Made by a program: the position numbers and the translations under genes | In this document: piece by piece, positions 62,101-64,000 of the stretch | Layout: every line of letters begins with the position of its first letter | How positions within the stretch are numbered: position 1 is the first letter of the stretch | The notes under the pieces: generated by a model | Database searches by the model: none | What the model was told of the DNA's origin: nothing | The model's input: the letters and a program-made list of their open reading frames with translations, nothing else | Assembly (NCBI RefSeq): GCF_001194135.2 | Contig: NC_068993.1 | Span: 54,290,346 to 54,354,345 of the forward strand | Length of the DNA: 64,000 nt | Reading direction: 5' to 3' | Source: Octopus bimaculoides | Lineage: Eukaryota

Positions 62101-62200
62101 TCCAGAGAATGTTGTGATTTTAGTCACTCAAGCACTATGGAAACCAACCTGAGGAGTCAAGACCTAGGGCTACACAGCTACAGAACTACACAGCTTTCTA

Positions 62201-62417
62201 TTGACCCCTTAGCATTCAGACTATTCTGTCAAATGTAAATTTTTATTTATTCACTTTGTTTTGAATTAATCTTGCATTGTCTTAGAGCTTTCAGATTTTT
62301 ATGAGGTAACTGTTGATTTTTAGAATGATATTGTAGGGTAGACATGAGGGGCCAGATCTGGCCAGGTTGAATATAAAACAGGTAGAATATTTAAGCTGGA
62401 TACATATACAAAGTTAA
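62201..62417 (+). mobile_element. piggyBac-like MITE, intronic, about 60 nt from a splice donor
   Basis: ttgaccccttagcattcagactattctgtcaaatg...ccagatctggccaggttgaatataaaacaggtagaatattt; collinear with 39660-39859. Confidence 0.72.
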
Positions 62418-62477
62418 AGCACATTTGTTCTTCCCTTGACGAGTGTCATTCTAGCCACCACAGCACCAGATGCTCAC

Positions 62478-62658
62478 CTGTAACTGCAACAATGTTTAAT
62501 AAACGTCGCATGCTTCGAGGGTTGATATCACTGAAGTAATCGTTTTTAACCAAAGTGTGTGAAAGATCAAAGGTCGAGGTGGTCGTGTTGGACAGTTGGA
62601 GACTGGCTGTACGCCATTGTTTGAGCTTCTTCAGTTTTGATTCTGCTGGTTCCTGATG
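62478..62658 (-). CDS. KIDINS220: KIDINS220 coding exon (181 nt)
   Basis: Acceptor ttttgtgtgcag|CAT (phase 0). Encodes HQEPAESK...TFDLSHTLVKNDYFSDINPRSMRRLLNIVAVT-G, the conserved FSDINPRSMRRLLNIV motif. Donor ACAG|GTGAGC, phase 1. Confidence 0.93.
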
Positions 62659-63339
62659 CTGCACACAAAACAGGAATGATAGAATTTAAATAATGTTGTA
62701 CAAAGCCAGTGTGAGTATGATTGGTTTATAAATTCAGACATTTATTCATCAATTACTGGAAAAATAGATTTTTTTACTTATTTTACATATTTACGGTTTT
62801 CTTATTTACACACACACACATGTATTTTCCCCACTCTTCTTAACATAAAACCAATGGTAGCCTTAATTCACAAATAAACAATACACACACACATACAAGG
62901 AAGGGCTGAAAAGTTCCTGGTTTTAAGGGTATCGTGAAAGGCCTGGTTGGAGGCCCAACCTTCTGAGTTCTTTTGCAGGGCTTAGAAAAACTGAACGACT
63001 GCTGCAATATGTGTGAATCTGAGAGAGAAATATGTTGAATAAAATCATAATTAACTGATTCTCCTGTTAATGGCACAGATGCTAAAAATTAATTGAAACA
63101 AAGGCCATGTATTTCAAAACAAATATGGTAATGAAAGGGTTAATAAATTAACTGAAATAATAAATAATATTGTTCATAACACCATTTCTGTAAAGAGAGT
63201 ATTGTTAAAGCCACTTTTACCCTCATGCATTGCCTGACCCTTCACACAGCTATTAACTCCTGCTAGTTCCCCACTTAGACACATACACACTCATTCCAAC
63301 AAAGAAAACCCAAAATTGTGAAACCAGTTGAAGAATTAC

Positions 63340-64000
63340 CTTAAGTTTTCCTGGAGAATCTGTATAATCTGCTGTACTGAATGAGCTGAAAAGTAGTGAG
63401 TCCCCTTTCTGGACACGTAATCCCTGACTCTGTAGGAAGAATGGTAAATGTACAATGTTTCTTAGGTAGTCGTAACCATGAACATTGGAGTCCAGAACAG
63501 ACACTCGAAGATTCTGCTCGATTCCTTTAATGATGATATGAGGATCGACAGCTAGAATGGTGATAAATGGAGAGTTGTCGTCGGAGAACAAAGTCTTGAC
63601 CGTGTCCAGCACACTCAGTACTTTGCCCTGCTCACAGCTGTCGAGGCCGTCGACGATAACTACAAGTCTGGTTTGAGTTCCAGTGAATGAATCTAAGCAA
63701 AGGACCATTTTACTCATAAGATCAACTTCATGTTTCAGCTTCTGCATGAACCCGTCCATCTTTAGCAATTCGAGTTGGTCGGCAGCTCGAACGATCCGTT
63801 TCTTCTGTGATACAGTCAGTGATAGCAAAGCACGTCCCCATGTATGGATGTTCATAATGAAAGACAAGACAACTATACTGAACAAAGTGATTGTTGCTGC
63901 ATTTATTGACGTGTTCTTGGTGCCGTTCTTCACAAGAAGATACAAGGAAATACAGAAACAGACAAACACCAACATCGCTATCACAAAGTAAGGGATACAG
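63340..64000 (-). CDS. KIDINS220: KIDINS220/ARMS coding exon, 5'-partial (runs off the window end): TM3-TM4 and the Walker-B half of the KAP-family P-loop NTPase domain
   Basis: The frame is open from the window edge: CIPYFVIAMLVFVCFCISLYLLV...MDGFMQKLKHEVDLMSKMV...LDSFTGTQTRLVVIVDGLDSCEQGKVL...ITILAVDPHIIIKGIE...GYDYLRNIVHLPFFLQ, characteristic of KIDINS220. Donor AAG|GTAATT at 63340, phase 0. Confidence 0.95.

Noticed and set aside
63683-63991. Plus-strand 102-aa ORF (likewise 56910-57351, 57668-57862, 59573-59755)
   Set aside because: Antisense shadows of KIDINS220 exons with no independent support.

Overview
AT-rich, microsatellite-dense animal genomic DNA from a gapped draft assembly with seven N-runs. 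The SINE families and the abundant (TA)n/(CA)n/(CAT)n repeats suggest an octopus or other coleoid cephalopod; this is inferred from recalled repeat sequences, not from a search. The only host protein-coding gene I can support is the 3' part of a KIDINS220/ARMS orthologue on the minus strand. It has six coding exons (64000->56762, about 870 aa in the window) linked by phase-consistent GT-AG introns, and one of them (60549-60711) is absent from the ORF track. They encode TM3-4, the C-terminal half of the KAP P-loop NTPase domain, a Pro-rich segment, a SAM-like domain and an acidic tail. The other ~56 kb is non-coding and filled with transposon debris: three tRNA-derived SINE families, RTE LINE fragments, a pogo/Tigger deletion derivative, a decayed Merlin (IS1595-like) transposase with a telomere-like subterminal array, and hAT, piggyBac-like and Tc1/mariner-like MITEs. 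The most notable oddities are a degenerate minimal hammerhead-like fold at 33095-33140, the Merlin/(TAACCC)n association, inverted SINE pairs bracketing KIDINS220 exons, and several fold-back structures. I found no convincing new multi-gene system.
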